Shown: positions 34,242 through 48,173, numbered from the stretch's first letter. The stretch: DNA of 64,000 nucleotides from an uncultured Chloroflexia bacterium (GCA_963726245.1 CAVSBT010000015.1:160001-224000); one strand, 5' to 3'. A program made the numbers and translations. Notes: generated from the letters alone by a model not told the origin.

Positions 34242-34322
34242 GTGGAAGGCTAAAGCCTTCCGCTACATGGTGCGCTTCCGGCGCCCGTGATCCACCCGTA
34301 GCGGAGGGCGTCAGCCCTCCAC
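34242..34322. repeat. inverted pair of GTAG-type REPs (REPIN-like)
   Basis: gtggaaggctaaagccttccgctac and gtagcggagggcgtcagccctccac; same family as 49410 and 49455. Confidence 0.75.
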
Positions 34323-34497
34323 CGGATTCGTGACGGTCCGCGCGGTCCGCCCGTTAGGTCGCCGGTTCCGCCTCCTCGAGGCAAGAAGGAACTCTTCGAC
34401 CTTCCCGGCCCCAACGACGACGAGATGGAGCAGATGAGGGAGGCGATACGACTGGCGGCGGAGCGTTAGCCTTGGGTGTTCTCAGAGGGCGGAGGGG

Positions 34498-34698
34498 TCA
34501 TCGCGGAGCCATGGTCTTGCCTGGCACGAGCCCCGCCCGCTGCGGTCGTTCGGCCGATCGGTGGCATGTCCGACAACGGCCAGCCGGGTCCGCTGCCAAC
34601 TCATAGTGCCCCAGCCCGATGAGTATGCGGCAATCCGGGCAGCGCTGATGGTTCCCGACTAGGCCTCCGCAGATGAGGCAGTTGGGTTCGTCGCTCGT
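34498..34698 (-). CDS. hidden 66-aa Cys-rich protein with three CxxC motifs; non-canonical (ACG) or mutated start
   Basis: manual translation SDEPNCLICGGLVGNHQRCPDCRILIGLGHYELAADPAGRCRTCHR; GGAGGAG and extended -10 upstream. Confidence 0.55.
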   Translation of the reverse strand, partial: TSDEPNCLICGGLVGNHQRCPDCRILIGLGHYELAADPAGRCRTCHRSAERPQRAGLVPGKTMAPR

Positions 34699-34790
34699 TG
34701 GCGGTCTCGTTTCTCCTCCGCCGCCTGGCGGTGGGCCACGGTAGGAAAGGCCAGGGGCACTACCATTCTAACATAGCAGGCCCGCTCCCT

Positions 34791-36696
34791 TTAGGTCGCT
34801 GCTGATTCCGGCTCCTCCGCCCTCTCGTCGAAGCGGAAGCTGATCTCCCAGGCGTTCTCCTCGTACTTGCTGCGGATGAGGTAGCCTGTCTCTGGAAGAG
34901 GCGGAGCATGCGGCGGTTGTCGCTCAGCACCAGGGCGGTGAAGCCTTCGATGCCGTTGATGATGGCAATGCGGATGAGGTACTGGAGGAGGAACCTGCCC
35001 AGGCCGCGGCCCTGCCACTGGTCCCGGACGGCGAAGGCGGCCTCGGCCAGGTTGGTGGCGGGGTCGCGCTCGTAGCGGGCCACGGCGATGATCTGCTCGC
35101 GATCCTCCTGTCGCAGGACGGCCACCAGCGCCATGCGGTCCCGGTAGTCGACGACGACGAAGTGCTGGGCTTCGAGCCGGGGCATGCGCTTCAGGGGCCG
35201 GAAGAAGCGGTGGTAGATCGCGTCCTCGGAGAGCGAGTAGAAGAACTCCAGCCAGAGGTCGTCGTCGGTGGGCTTGATGGGGCGCACCAGGACCGTCTCG
35301 CCGCTGGTCAGGGTGAAGGTGGTCTCCAGGTCCTGCGGGTAGACGCCGGCGCCCGCGGGCGGGATCTCCTGGTCCTGGAGGACGTAGCGCCGCTCCTTGG
35401 CGAAGGCCAGAAGGTCGTGGCGGTAGTCCGGGTGGGCGATGCCGATGAGAGCCATCGCCCGCTGGCGGGCGTTGCGGCCGTAGAGGTCGGCCACGCCGTA
35501 CTCGGTCACGACGTAGTGGACGTCACCCCGGCTCGTGACGACGCCCGCGCCCGGCTTCAGCTGAGAGACGATGCGGGAGATGGTCCCCTCCTCGGCCGTC
35601 GAAGGCAGCGCGATGATGGGCCGGCCGCCCTTGGAGCGGGACGGCGCCCCGGATGAAGTCCACCTGTCCGCCGATGCCGCTGTAGAAGAGGTGCCCGAGG
35701 GAATCGGAGCAGACCTGCCCCGTCAGATCGACCTCGATGGCGGCGTTGATGGCCACCATCCGCTCGTTCTGGGCAACGACGAAGGGGTCGTTCACGTATT
35801 CGTTGGGGTGCAGCTCCACCAGCGGGTTGTCGTCCACGAAGTCGTAGAGGCGCTGCGTGCCCATGACGAAGCTGGCGATGATCTTGCCCCGGTGCAGGGT
35901 CTTGCGGGAGTTGTTGATGACGCCGGACTGGATGAGGGGCAGGGTGCCGTCGGACAGCATCTCGGTGTGCAGGCCGAGGTCGTGCTTGTCGGCGAGGCAT
36001 CTCCAGGATGGCGTCGGGGATGGAGCCGATGCCGATCTGGAGGGTGGCGCCGTCCTCCACCAGGGAGCCGACCCAGCGGCCGATGGCGCGCGACACGTCG
36101 TCGGGCGGCGGGTGGGTGACCTCCGGCAGCGGCGAGTCGTGCTCCACCATGGCGTCGATGGCGTCGGCGGCGATGAAGCTGTCGCCCAGGGTGCGCGGCA
36201 TGCGGGGGTTGACCTCGGCGATGATCACGCGGGCGCACTCGACCGCCGGCTTCACAATGTCGACGGAGACACCGAGGCTACAGAAGCCGTGCTCGTCGGG
36301 GGGCGTCACCTGGATGAGGGCCACGTCGATGGGGACGCGCCCGCTGCGGAACAGGCGGGGCACCTCGGAGAGGAAGATGGGCGTGTAGTCCGCCTCGCCG
36401 GCGGCGACGCCCTCGCGCACGTTGGGCCCGACGAAGAAGGCGTTGTGGCGGAAGGACTCCTTCACCGGGGGCAGGGCGTAGGGCGCGATGCCCAGCGTCA
36501 TGATGTGGATCACCTGGGCGGCGTGCAACTGCTCGGCGCGGGCCGTGAGCCGCTCCACCAGGAACTGGGGCGCCGCGGCGCCGGAGCCCACGAAGATGTG
36601 CTGGCCGCTGCGCACGACGCGAAGGGCTTCGTCGGCGTAACGGAGCTTGTCGGCGTAGCGTTCGCGCCAGTCTGGGTCGTAGGACGACTTGGTCAT
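34791..36696 (-). CDS. acetyl-CoA hydrolase/CoA-transferase fused to a C-terminal GNAT; three frameshifts
   Basis: DYTPIFLSEVP, GATLQIGIG, YSGIGGQVDFIRGA, VTEYGVA, then VRPIKP..FAVRDQWQGRGLG. Confidence 0.88.
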
Positions 36697-36728
36697 GTGG
36701 GCACTCCTGGGTTCTCTTCCCGAAGCTC

Positions 36729-37529
36729 TTAGCGCGGGTACTTACTGAAGTCGGGCTCGCGGCGCTCCTTGAAGGCGTTCTTGCCCTCATCGGCCTCGCC
36801 GGTGCGGAAGAAGTCGGGCGCGATCTCCTGCACCCAGTTGCGGCCGCTGGTCTCGCGCAGGGGCTCGTACTCAGCCAGAAACGAGGCCTTGAGGATCTTG
36901 AGGCAGCTAGGGCTCTTGGCCATCAGCTCGCGGCACCACTTGTCGACCTCGTCGTCCAGCTTGTCATAAGGGACGACGGCATTGACCAGGCCCATCTGAA
37001 GGGCCTCCTGTGCCGAGTAGCGGCGGCAGAGCATCCACATCTCGCGCGCCTTCTTGGCGCCTACCACGTGCACGAGGTAGTTGACCCAGTGTCCGGAGGC
37101 CGGACTGCCGATCCGTGGGCCTACCTGCGAGAACTGGGCATGCTCGGCGGCGATGGTGAAGTCGGCGTGGTAGGCCATGTGGTTGCCCCCGCCGATGGAG
37201 TAGCCGTTGACGCGGGCGATGACCGGCTTCAGGCACTCCTCGATGCCGGCGTGGGGGTCGAGCCCGCCCGCCGCCGAGCCGCCCTCCTGCTGCGCCTCCT
37301 GGAGCCATTTGACGTCGCCGCCGGCGCAGAAGGCGCGCTCCCCGGCGCCGGTCATAACGATGACGCCCACGGAGGTGTCGGCGCAGGCGTCGTCCACCGC
37401 CTGCCTCATCTCCCGCAGGGTATCGCCGGTGAAGGAGTTCATGACTTCGGGCCGGTTGATGGTGATCCAGGCGGCGCCCTGAACCCGGTGGTGCTTCTGG
37501 TAGATGATGTCTTTGAAGTCGAGGGGCAT
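36729..37529 (-). CDS. crotonase superfamily enzyme, MenB/BadI-like
   Basis: ITINRPE, AFCAGGD, VNGYSIGGG, QVGPRIGS, KKAREMWMLCRRY. Confidence 0.85.
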   Translation of the reverse strand: MPLDFKDIIYQKHHRVQGAAWITINRPEVMNSFTGDTLREMRQAVDDACADTSVGVIVMTGAGERAFCAGGDVKWLQEAQQEGGSAAGGLDPHAGIEECLKPVIARVNGYSIGGGNHMAYHADFTIAAEHAQFSQVGPRIGSPASGHWVNYLVHVVGAKKAREMWMLCRRYSAQEALQMGLVNAVVPYDKLDDEVDKWCRELMAKSPSCLKILKASFLAEYEPLRETSGRNWVQEIAPDFFRTGEADEGKNAFKERREPDFSKYPR

Positions 37530-37580
37530 GCTGAGACCTCCGTGTCCTTGTTCGGCTGTTCTCCGAAGCGGTTCGTCTTC

Positions 37581-37634
37581 CGAAGGCCGGCCTTCCAGGC
37601 CGGCGGGGACGCGCCAGGCTGAAGCCTGGCTTCG
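37581..37634. repeat. REP-like pair of short palindromes
   Basis: cgaaggccggccttccaggccggc / gccaggctgaagcctggcttcg. Confidence 0.5.
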
Positions 37635-37635
37635 A

Positions 37636-38559
37636 TCATCTGATGGCGGCGCCGATGATATCGTGCACGTCTTCCACCCCTTGCTCTTCTAGGAAGCGCT
37701 GGATGCCTTGTAGAACCTCCAGGGGAGCCAGAGGATTGGAGAAGGTGGCAGTGCCTACCTGGACGGCGCTGGCACCCGCCATCAGGAACTCGACGGCGTC
37801 CAGGCCGCTGCCGATGCCGCCGCAGCCGATGACAGGGATATCGACCGCTGCCGCCACCTGGTAGACCATGCGCAGGGCTATAGGCTTGATGGCCGGGCCG
37901 GAAAGGCCGGCGAAGACGCTGGAGATGACGGGCCGCCGCGAACGGACATCGATCGCCATGCCCTGGACGGTGTTGATCACGGTGACGGCGTCGGCGCCGG
38001 CCTCGGCCACAGCGCGGCCCACGGCGGCGATGTCGGTGACGTTGGGCGTGAGCTTGACGATAACGGGCAGTGTGGTCTGGCGCAGGGCGGCGCTGGTGAC
38101 GGCGGCGGCCAGGCCGGGGTCCTGGCCGAACTCCATGCCCCCTCTGGCCACGTTGGGGCAACTGATGTTCAGCTCCAGGCCGCTGATGCCGGGCACGCCG
38201 TCCAGCCTGGCCGCCAGCTCGCCGTACTCGTCCACGCTGTCGCCGGAAACGTTGACGATGACGGGGACTCGCCAAGTGGCCCATACGGGGGCTATGTCGC
38301 GGATGAGAGCTTCGACGCCAACGTTCTGAAGGCCGATGGCGTTGAGCATGCCGCAAGGCGTCTCAACGGTCCGAGGCTGGCGATGGCCGGAACGCGGCCG
38401 GAGAGTGGTGGCCTTGCTGACGATGGCGCCTAGCTTCTGGACATCGAAGACCTTTGCGAACTCCAGACCGTTCGCGAAGGTACCGGAAGCGGTCATCACG
38501 GGGTTGGCCAGCAGCAGCCCCCGCTTGCGTCGGGGTGCCAGCTCTACCGAGAGGTTCAC
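37636..38559 (-). CDS. pyrD: dihydroorotate dehydrogenase, class 1B catalytic subunit
   Basis: NPVMTASGT, MLNAIGLQN, ELNISCPN, VKLTPN, GLSGPAIKP. Confidence 0.95.
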   Translation of the reverse strand: MNLSVELAPRRKRGLLLANPVMTASGTFANGLEFAKVFDVQKLGAIVSKATTLRPRSGHRQPRTVETPCGMLNAIGLQNVGVEALIRDIAPVWATWRVPVIVNVSGDSVDEYGELAARLDGVPGISGLELNISCPNVARGGMEFGQDPGLAAAVTSAALRQTTLPVIVKLTPNVTDIAAVGRAVAEAGADAVTVINTVQGMAIDVRSRRPVISSVFAGLSGPAIKPIALRMVYQVAAAVDIPVIGCGGIGSGLDAVEFLMAGASAVQVGTATFSNPLAPLEVLQGIQRFLEEQGVEDVHDIIGAAIR

Positions 38560-38698
38560 TGTTCGTCCTTCTGGAAGCCAGGCGATGTGGGGTCATTATA
38601 GGCTTCGCCTGGGGGCCTGTCGAGGGAAACAAGACAGAGGGGCGGCTCGTTGGAGCCGCCCCCCTGTTTAGGCGCGGAAGGCAGTGAGTAGGCGGGCC

Positions 38699-38980
38699 TC
38701 AGAAGCCTTCTTGGTCCTCTATGGAAGAGCGCGTTACGCTGTACGTTGTCACCGGATCGGCCTGGGCGGTGGGGACACTCGGCCCCTCCCAGAACGCGTC
38801 CGGAGAAGAATTGCTGAACTCGCGCTGGGACCCGCAGAGCTTGCACATGCCCCAGCTAGTTGCCCCTTGAGGGCTTTCAATGAGCCAGTGGTGCCGGCAC
38901 TCCGACACCGCCGGCGCTTCGGGCGCTGATACCTGTGTTGCCGGTGCTTCCCGTTCCTGAACCGCTGTTGCCGGTGTCAT
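38699..38980 (-). CDS. small Zn-ribbon-like hypothetical protein (CxHHW..CxxC)
   Basis: GGGAGG RBS; TTGACA-17-TATTCT promoter at 39036-39064; hairpin downstream near 38638-38665. Confidence 0.72.
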   Translation of the reverse strand: MTPATAVQEREAPATQVSAPEAPAVSECRHHWLIESPQGATSWGMCKLCGSQREFSNSSPDAFWEGPSVPTAQADPVTTYSVTRSSIEDQEGF

Positions 38981-39388
38981 TTCTCCAGTCCCTCCCTTCT
39001 TGCTGGAGCCAGACGACGCCTCGCGTCGAACGATAGAATACCAGAGGTGTGCACGCGTGTCAAGCTTTTCGCGCTAAAAAGGCTACATAGCCACCACCAG
39101 CTTGCCTGCGTCATCTGAGGCCCCTTATAATTACCAGTGGAGGCCTGTGTACGAGGTCTCGTGCTGACTGGTGGAAGTGCTTCGCGATCGGCTTGCAAGT
39201 CGCCCTCCATGATTGGAGTCTTGGTGCGAAACCTATAATATGCGGCGATTGTTTTGCTAATATGAAGTTGAGATGGAAGAGTGTGAAGGAAACGTGAACA
39301 TAGCGCCATATGATTGGGCTTCGGCCTGCCATACGCGGGTATTTGGAGCAGTGCCTCTCGGGGCGCGGCTTGGATGGGAAGGTTGAGC

Positions 39389-40501
39389 ATGGCAGAGCCC
39401 AGCGAACAGGAGATCCTGGCCGCCTTGAGTAAGGTGCAGGACCCCGAACTGCACCGCGACATCGTATCCCTGAACATGGTGCGAGACGTAAAGATCGACG
39501 GAGGCCGCGTCTCGCTGAAGATCGTCCTCACCACGCCTGCCTGCCCCCTCAGCGGCCCCATCAAGGAAGAGGTCGAGAAAGCGCTGATGGCCCTGGCCGG
39601 CGTAGCGTCGGTGGATGTCGCCATCGACGCCGAGGTGAGGGCGCACCAGGCCATGGGCGGCCCCAAGGCCGTGCCCGGCGTGCGCAATATCATCGCCATC
39701 GCCAGCAACAAGGGCGGCGTCGGCAAGACCACCGTCGCTGTCAACCTGGCTGTCGCCCTGGCCAAACGGGGCGCCCGCGTCGGGCTGCTGGACGCCGACG
39801 TCACGGGCCCCAACGTCCCCATCATGATGGGATTGACGGACGGCTTCATGGGCGAATCCGATCGCGGACTGGAGCCCGTGGAGCGTCACGGTGTTCGGCT
39901 GTGCTCGATAGGGTTTGTGCTGCCGAAAGGTTCTGCGGTAATATGGCGCGGGCCTATGGTGGGCTCTGCGGTCCGCCAGCTCATACACGACATTCCCTGG
40001 GGGGAACTGGACTACCTGCTTATCGACCTGCCGCCGGGCACCAGCGACGCCTCGTTGAGCATGGCCCAGGAAGCGCCGATTGCCGGGGTAGTCATCGTGA
40101 GCACGCCTCAGGCCGTGTCCCTGGAGGACGCCACGAAGGCGGTCTCCATGTTCGACAAGCTCAAGGTGCCCGTCTTCGGGCTGGTGGAGAACATGAGCTA
40201 CTTCGTCTGCCCTCACTGCGGAGAGCGGACGGATATCTTCGGACACGGGGGAGCTCGGGCCGCGGCCGATGAGCTGGGCTTGGAGTTCCTGGGTGAGGTT
40301 CCGCTGGATACTCAGACCAGGGCGGGCGGAGACGAAGGCATGCCAATCACCGAGTCGCAGCCGGACTCGGCTCAGGCTCAGGCCTTTATGGCTCTGGCCG
40401 AGAAGGTTGCCGCCCGTTGCAGTGTGCTGGCGTTCACGGAAGACGCGGACGCCCAGATGGGCGCGCTTCCGGGCGCTGCCGCCGCGGGAGGTGTTGGCTA
40501 G
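39389..40501 (+). CDS. mrp: Mrp/ApbC Fe-S cluster carrier ATPase
   Basis: DUF59 (DPEL..TTPACP), KGGVGKTT, WRGPM, DLPPGT, ENMSYFVCPHC. Confidence 0.94.
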   Translation: MAEPSEQEILAALSKVQDPELHRDIVSLNMVRDVKIDGGRVSLKIVLTTPACPLSGPIKEEVEKALMALAGVASVDVAIDAEVRAHQAMGGPKAVPGVRNIIAIASNKGGVGKTTVAVNLAVALAKRGARVGLLDADVTGPNVPIMMGLTDGFMGESDRGLEPVERHGVRLCSIGFVLPKGSAVIWRGPMVGSAVRQLIHDIPWGELDYLLIDLPPGTSDASLSMAQEAPIAGVVIVSTPQAVSLEDATKAVSMFDKLKVPVFGLVENMSYFVCPHCGERTDIFGHGGARAAADELGLEFLGEVPLDTQTRAGGDEGMPITESQPDSAQAQAFMALAEKVAARCSVLAFTEDADAQMGALPGAAAAGGVG

Positions 40502-40503
40502 CC

Positions 40504-41718
40504 GTGGCGCCGCCTTTCTTCAGCCGCCGACGCAAGGAGGAACCCACGGAAAGTCCACGGGTCGATGAGCCTGCCCCCCCCGCCGCTACGACGCCCCAGC
40601 GCCCGCCGGAACAACAGCCGGGTCCCCGCCGCCAGTCCGATGGCCGTTCCCCGCGCGCCCCGCGCCGGCCCCCTTCCAGGGGCGGAAGGGCGCGCCTCCT
40701 CGTGTAGAGCCCGAGCTGGAATCGTTTATCCAGGAGGAGGCGGCCCGAACGGGTGCGAATACGCGGCCGCGGGAGACCCCGCGGACCCATCAGCCGGAGT
40801 GGGAGAAGCCCAGCACCGCGCCGCCGGAGCCTGCCCCAGCGCGCCCACTACCACACGGAGACGCCGCCGGGGCGGTCGCCCCAAGCCCGTCGAGGCGGCC
40901 GTTCCGCTGCCCTCACCGGAACCTCCTGCTGCGCCGCCTCCCCCTGCCACGCCGGCGCGGCGTCGGCGGCGCGGCGGCGGCAGGCAGACCGAGGCACAGG
41001 CGGGGACGCCCGAGTGGCGCCTGCAGGCACGGTCGCGGTCGAAGTGCCGAGCCAGGTGCCGGCGGGCGACCTGCCGGGGCTCCTCGCCCGTCAGGGGGCG
41101 GTCGTGGAGGCCTATGCCGCGGAGCAGCTACGGGTCCTCCAGGGCATGCACAGGTCGTTGGGATCCCTGGAGGCGCGACTGGGCTCTGCCTTGGGTCGGG
41201 GTGTCGCCGAGCAGGGCGGAGTGGCTCTGCCACGCGTCGGGATCTTCGTCGACGTGCCCAACGTCATGTACGCCGCCGAGCGACGCGGCATCAGCATCGA
41301 CTTCGGCCGCCTGCTGAGCTTCCTCTCCCGTAACCGGGAGCTTGTGCGGGCCAGCGCCTACGCGCCTATCAGCGACGATCCCCAGGTGCCCCTGGCGGGC
41401 CAGAAGTTCGTCCAGCCCTTCGTCGACCTCGGCTACCGCATCGTCACCAAGCCCCTCAAGCGCTTCGCCGACGGCAGCATCAAGGCCAACTTCGACGTGG
41501 AGCTGGCGATCGACATCCTCACCATGTCCGACCGTCTGGACGTAGTGAGCCTCGTCTCCGGCGACGGCGACTTCCGCCGCCTCGTGGAGCTGGTAGCCAG
41601 CAAGGGCGTGCGCGTGGAGGTGGTCGCCTTCGCCGAGAGCACCTCTGCCGACCTTCGCGCCGTGGCTGACGAGTACGTCGATCTCGGCGCCAACCTGCCG
41701 GAGTTCCAGGCCCGCTAG
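40504..41718 (+). CDS. NYN (LabA/DUF88) domain protein with long low-complexity N-terminus; frameshifted
   Basis: GIFVDVPNV, KANFDVELAID, LVSGDGDF, KGVRVEV; start approximate. Confidence 0.82.
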
Positions 41719-41740
41719 GCAGAGACGTCCGACAAACACT

Positions 41741-41813
41741 GTAGGGGCGCAGCATGCTGCGCCCCTACGGGTATCGGGCCTTGTTGTAGGGGCAGTTCGC
41801 GAACCGCCCCTAC
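41741..41813. repeat. two GTAG-type REP palindromes; the second overlaps the methyltransferase stop
   Basis: gtaggggcgcagcatgctgcgcccctac and gtaggggcagttcgcgaaccgcccctac. Confidence 0.8.
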
Positions 41814-42616
41814 TCGTTGGCGGCGAGACGGCGGCGGGCCATCTCCACGTAGCGGGGCACGCTCTCGATGAGGAGCCAGCGGCGGCCGTGGCGCTGGGCG
41901 GCGAGGGCTAGGGTGCCGGCGCCGCCGAAGGGGTCCAGCAGCAGGTCGTCGGGGCGGGTAGCCACCAGCACCAGCCTCTCGACCAGGGCCAGCGGCTTCT
42001 GCGAGGGGTGAGGACCCTGCCCGTCATGCGCTCTCTCTGCCTTCGGCGTCACCGAGAAGTCCCACAGGTTCCGCATCTGCTTGCCGCCCGCCAGGTCTTT
42101 GGCCTCCCAGTAGTTGAAGGTCCACTTCTTTGCCCGCTTCGGCGTCTCGTTGACGGCCCAGATGATCTGCTCCGTGCTCTCGGTGAGGGTGCGGGCGGTG
42201 ATGTTGGGCTGGGCGTTGGGCTTGAACCAGATGATGGAGTTGAGGATGCGGCGGTTGAGGACGTTCTGGAGGATGAAGCCTAGCTGGTAGATGCTGTGGT
42301 AGGTGCCGAAGACCAGCAGGTTGCCGTTGGGCTTCACCACCCGGCACACCTCCGTCAGCCAGCGGACGTTGAACTGGAAGAAGTCGTCCTGGGAGAAGCG
42401 GTCCCAGGCCTCCTGCATGGTGACGTGGGAGGAGAAGGCCCACCCCAGGCCCTTGCCCTTGCCGCCGCGACCGCCGCCCGACGCGATGCCGAAGGGCGGG
42501 TCGGCGATGCAGTGGTCGACGCAGGCGTCCGGCCACCGCGACATGACCTCTATGCAGTCGCCCTCGATGATGGTGTTGGGGGTGGGGGCTGCCGTGCTGG
42601 TAACGTGATCGATCAT
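41810..42616 (-). CDS. orphan beta-class N6-adenine DNA methyltransferase (DpnA/MboIB-like)
   Basis: motif IV DPPF at N-terminus, HPSQKP, motif I LDPFGGAGT at C-terminus; FNY..GKQMRNLW segment. Confidence 0.9.
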   Translation of the reverse strand: MIDHVTSTAAPTPNTIIEGDCIEVMSRWPDACVDHCIADPPFGIASGGGRGGKGKGLGWAFSSHVTMQEAWDRFSQDDFFQFNVRWLTEVCRVVKPNGNLLVFGTYHSIYQLGFILQNVLNRRILNSIIWFKPNAQPNITARTLTESTEQIIWAVNETPKRAKKWTFNYWEAKDLAGGKQMRNLWDFSVTPKAERAHDGQGPHPSQKPLALVERLVLVATRPDDLLLDPFGGAGTLALAAQRHGRRWLLIESVPRYVEMARRRLAANE

Positions 42617-42651
42617 GTGATCATTAGATCAAACGGCAGGCTTCACGTCAA
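42607..42651 (-). promoter_or_regulatory. leaderless methyltransferase promoter TTGACG-N17-TCTAAT with four GATC sites
   Basis: -35 at 42646-42651, -10 at 42623-42628 preceded by TG; GATC at 42607, 42611, 42619, 42627. Confidence 0.65.
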
Positions 42652-42858
42652 GCGGGAGGAGGCGCGGTCTGGTCGTAGGGACAGCTTAGCTTCGTCCGTT
42701 ATGCTGACGGTAGCTTGCCAGCTCCGTCGCGGATAGGCTTTCCAGCCGGGGCACCACTTGCGTGATGCCAGCTGCAGATCCGGCCGTCACGACTCGGTTC
42801 TTCTCACGCATTCCATCCCGCATGTCTCGTTCCACCGCCGCCAGGCAAGCCACCTCCT

Positions 42859-43715
42859 CTACCAGAACACGTCCCGCAGCTCGAAGCGCGGGCCGTCTTT
42901 GCACACGAGGCGCACGCCCGCGGCGGGTCTCGACGGCGCAGCCGTAGCAGATGCCCGTCCCGCAGGGCATCACCTCCTCCAGCAGCACCTGCACCGACTT
43001 CCGCCTTCGGCGGGCGCCCTCACCCTCGACGCGGCGCACCACTTCGGCCAGGGCGCGGAACATGGCGTTGGGCCCGCAGGCGAAGACCTGGTCCGCCCAC
43101 GACAGGTACTCGGGCACCAGGTCCGTCACCAGCCCTCGCTGGCCCAGCGAGCCGTCCTCGGTGACGGCGACCACCTCCACCTCCGGCGGCAGCAGGTGGG
43201 CCGGGAAGAGGCCGTCGGCGCTGCGGGCGCCCTGGATGAGGGTGACGTGGCGGCCGCGGGCCACCTGCTCGTCGGCCAGCCAGACCAGGGGCGCCACGCC
43301 GATGCCGCCCGCCACCAGCAGGAGGTTGCCGGCGTCGCGACGGACGGCGTAGCCGCGGCCCAGGGGCCCGTAGACGAAGATGCGGTCGCCGGGCCGGCGG
43401 CGGGAGAGCCACTGCGTGCCCCGCCCGACGGCATCGAAGAGGATGGCGAAGTCGGCGCCGCCGCCCTGAGCCGGGCGGAGGCGGTGGTAGCTCATGGGCC
43501 GGGGCAGCATGGGCGGGCCGTAGCAGGTGCCAGGGGCGGACGTGGCTCGCCCGCCACGTTGGGCCGCTCGCTATCGCCGGAGCCCTCGTCGTGGCAGCGG
43601 AGCATGAGGAACTGGCCGGGGACAGCGCCTCGCGCCACCTCGGGGGCGCGGAGCCAGAGGGCCCAGGTGTCGCCGTAGAGGCGCTCAGACTCGATGACGG
43701 TGGCCCAGGCGATCT

Positions 43716-43719
<4 letters not shown>
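42859..43719 (-). CDS. pyrK: dihydroorotate dehydrogenase electron-transfer subunit; frameshifted
   Basis: [46 protein letters not shown]. Confidence 0.9.
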
Positions 43720-47142
<3,423 letters not shown>

Positions 47143-47152
47143 AGTCTGGCCC

Positions 47153-47688
47153 TCACCGGCGCATCACCCGTGCTCTCATCCTGCGCCGCGGCCGCGCCCT
47201 CGGCAGGGCGAGGGCGACGGCGTAGGCTGAGCCGCCGACCAGGGCCAGCACCAGGGGGATGGCGCCCCAGACCGGCAGCGGCGTCAGGAAGATGAGGATG
47301 GCGAGCAAGGCGCAGCCCGCCAGCGAGAGGCCCAGCGCCAGGGCGTAGGCCGGCCACTCCGTGATGAAGTCGGCGGAGAACGGGAGGCCGACGAAGCCGA
47401 GCAGGAGGCCGATGGCTGCCGACAGAACGGCCAGGCCGAGCGAGCCGAGGGCAAACCACAGCGCAAAGAAGCCGTGGCCCGCGGCGGCGTGGCCGATGCC
47501 GCCGAACACAGCGATGGGGACGAGCAGGATCGCCGCTACGAAGCCCATGACGCTCAGCGTCAGCACGCCGTACGAGATGCGGATGACGACGTCGCTCACG
47601 ACCGGGCGGCCGGCGGGCCGCAGCACCCGGAAGTACATGCCCCGCACGAAGCGGTCAGCACGGCGGCGAAGGTGGAGCGATGTGTCAT
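47153..47688 (-). CDS. hypothetical multi-pass membrane protein
   Basis: about four hydrophobic helices; in operon orientation; ends uncertain. Confidence 0.6.
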
Positions 47689-47693
47689 GGGCT

Positions 47694-48151
47694 TCACAGC
47701 GGCAGCTCGAACCTCATGTCCGGGTTGTAGATGGGCACCAGGGCGCCGATGCTCGACAGGAAGCTCAGCGCCACCTCGTTGTTCTCCGGCAGGCGGCCCC
47801 GCAGGCGGCGGTAGCCCTTGTCCCGCGCGAAGCCCAGGGCGTACTCGGCGATGGCCGTCCCCAGCCCCTTTCGACGATACTCGGGCAGGACCCAGACCCC
47901 CAGCGTGGCCGTGTCCGGCTCCTGGGTGTTGAAGTCGAGGGCGCCGAAGCCGGCCACCCGGCCCTCCACCAGGCAGAGGAAGATGCCACCCTGGACGCCA
48001 TGGCGGGCAAGCCAGGTGCGCACGCCCTCCGCCGTCGTCGGGCCGTCCAGTCCCACCGGGTTCGGCTCCTGGACGATGCGGTTGATGACCCCGGCGATGG
48101 CCTCGGCGTCGTCGATGGTGGCCTGTCGATAGGTGGCCTCTCCGGTGTCAT
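47694..48151 (-). CDS. GNAT family N-acetyltransferase
   Basis: YRQATIDDAEAI, GVWVLPEYRRKGLG; GGAGG-ATG at 48151 needs one indel to join the frame. Confidence 0.82.
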
Positions 48152-48173
48152 GCCGTGCCTCCGCGCGAAGCCC

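Noticed and set aside
34360-34470. Fragment ...KKELFDLPGPNDDEMEQMREAIRLAAER*
   Set aside because: Coding-like C-terminal remnant next to REPs with no start; cannot be identified
42686-42858. Apparent C-terminal extension of pyrK
   Set aside because: Frameshift artefact; the conserved VCKDGP end stops at 42859
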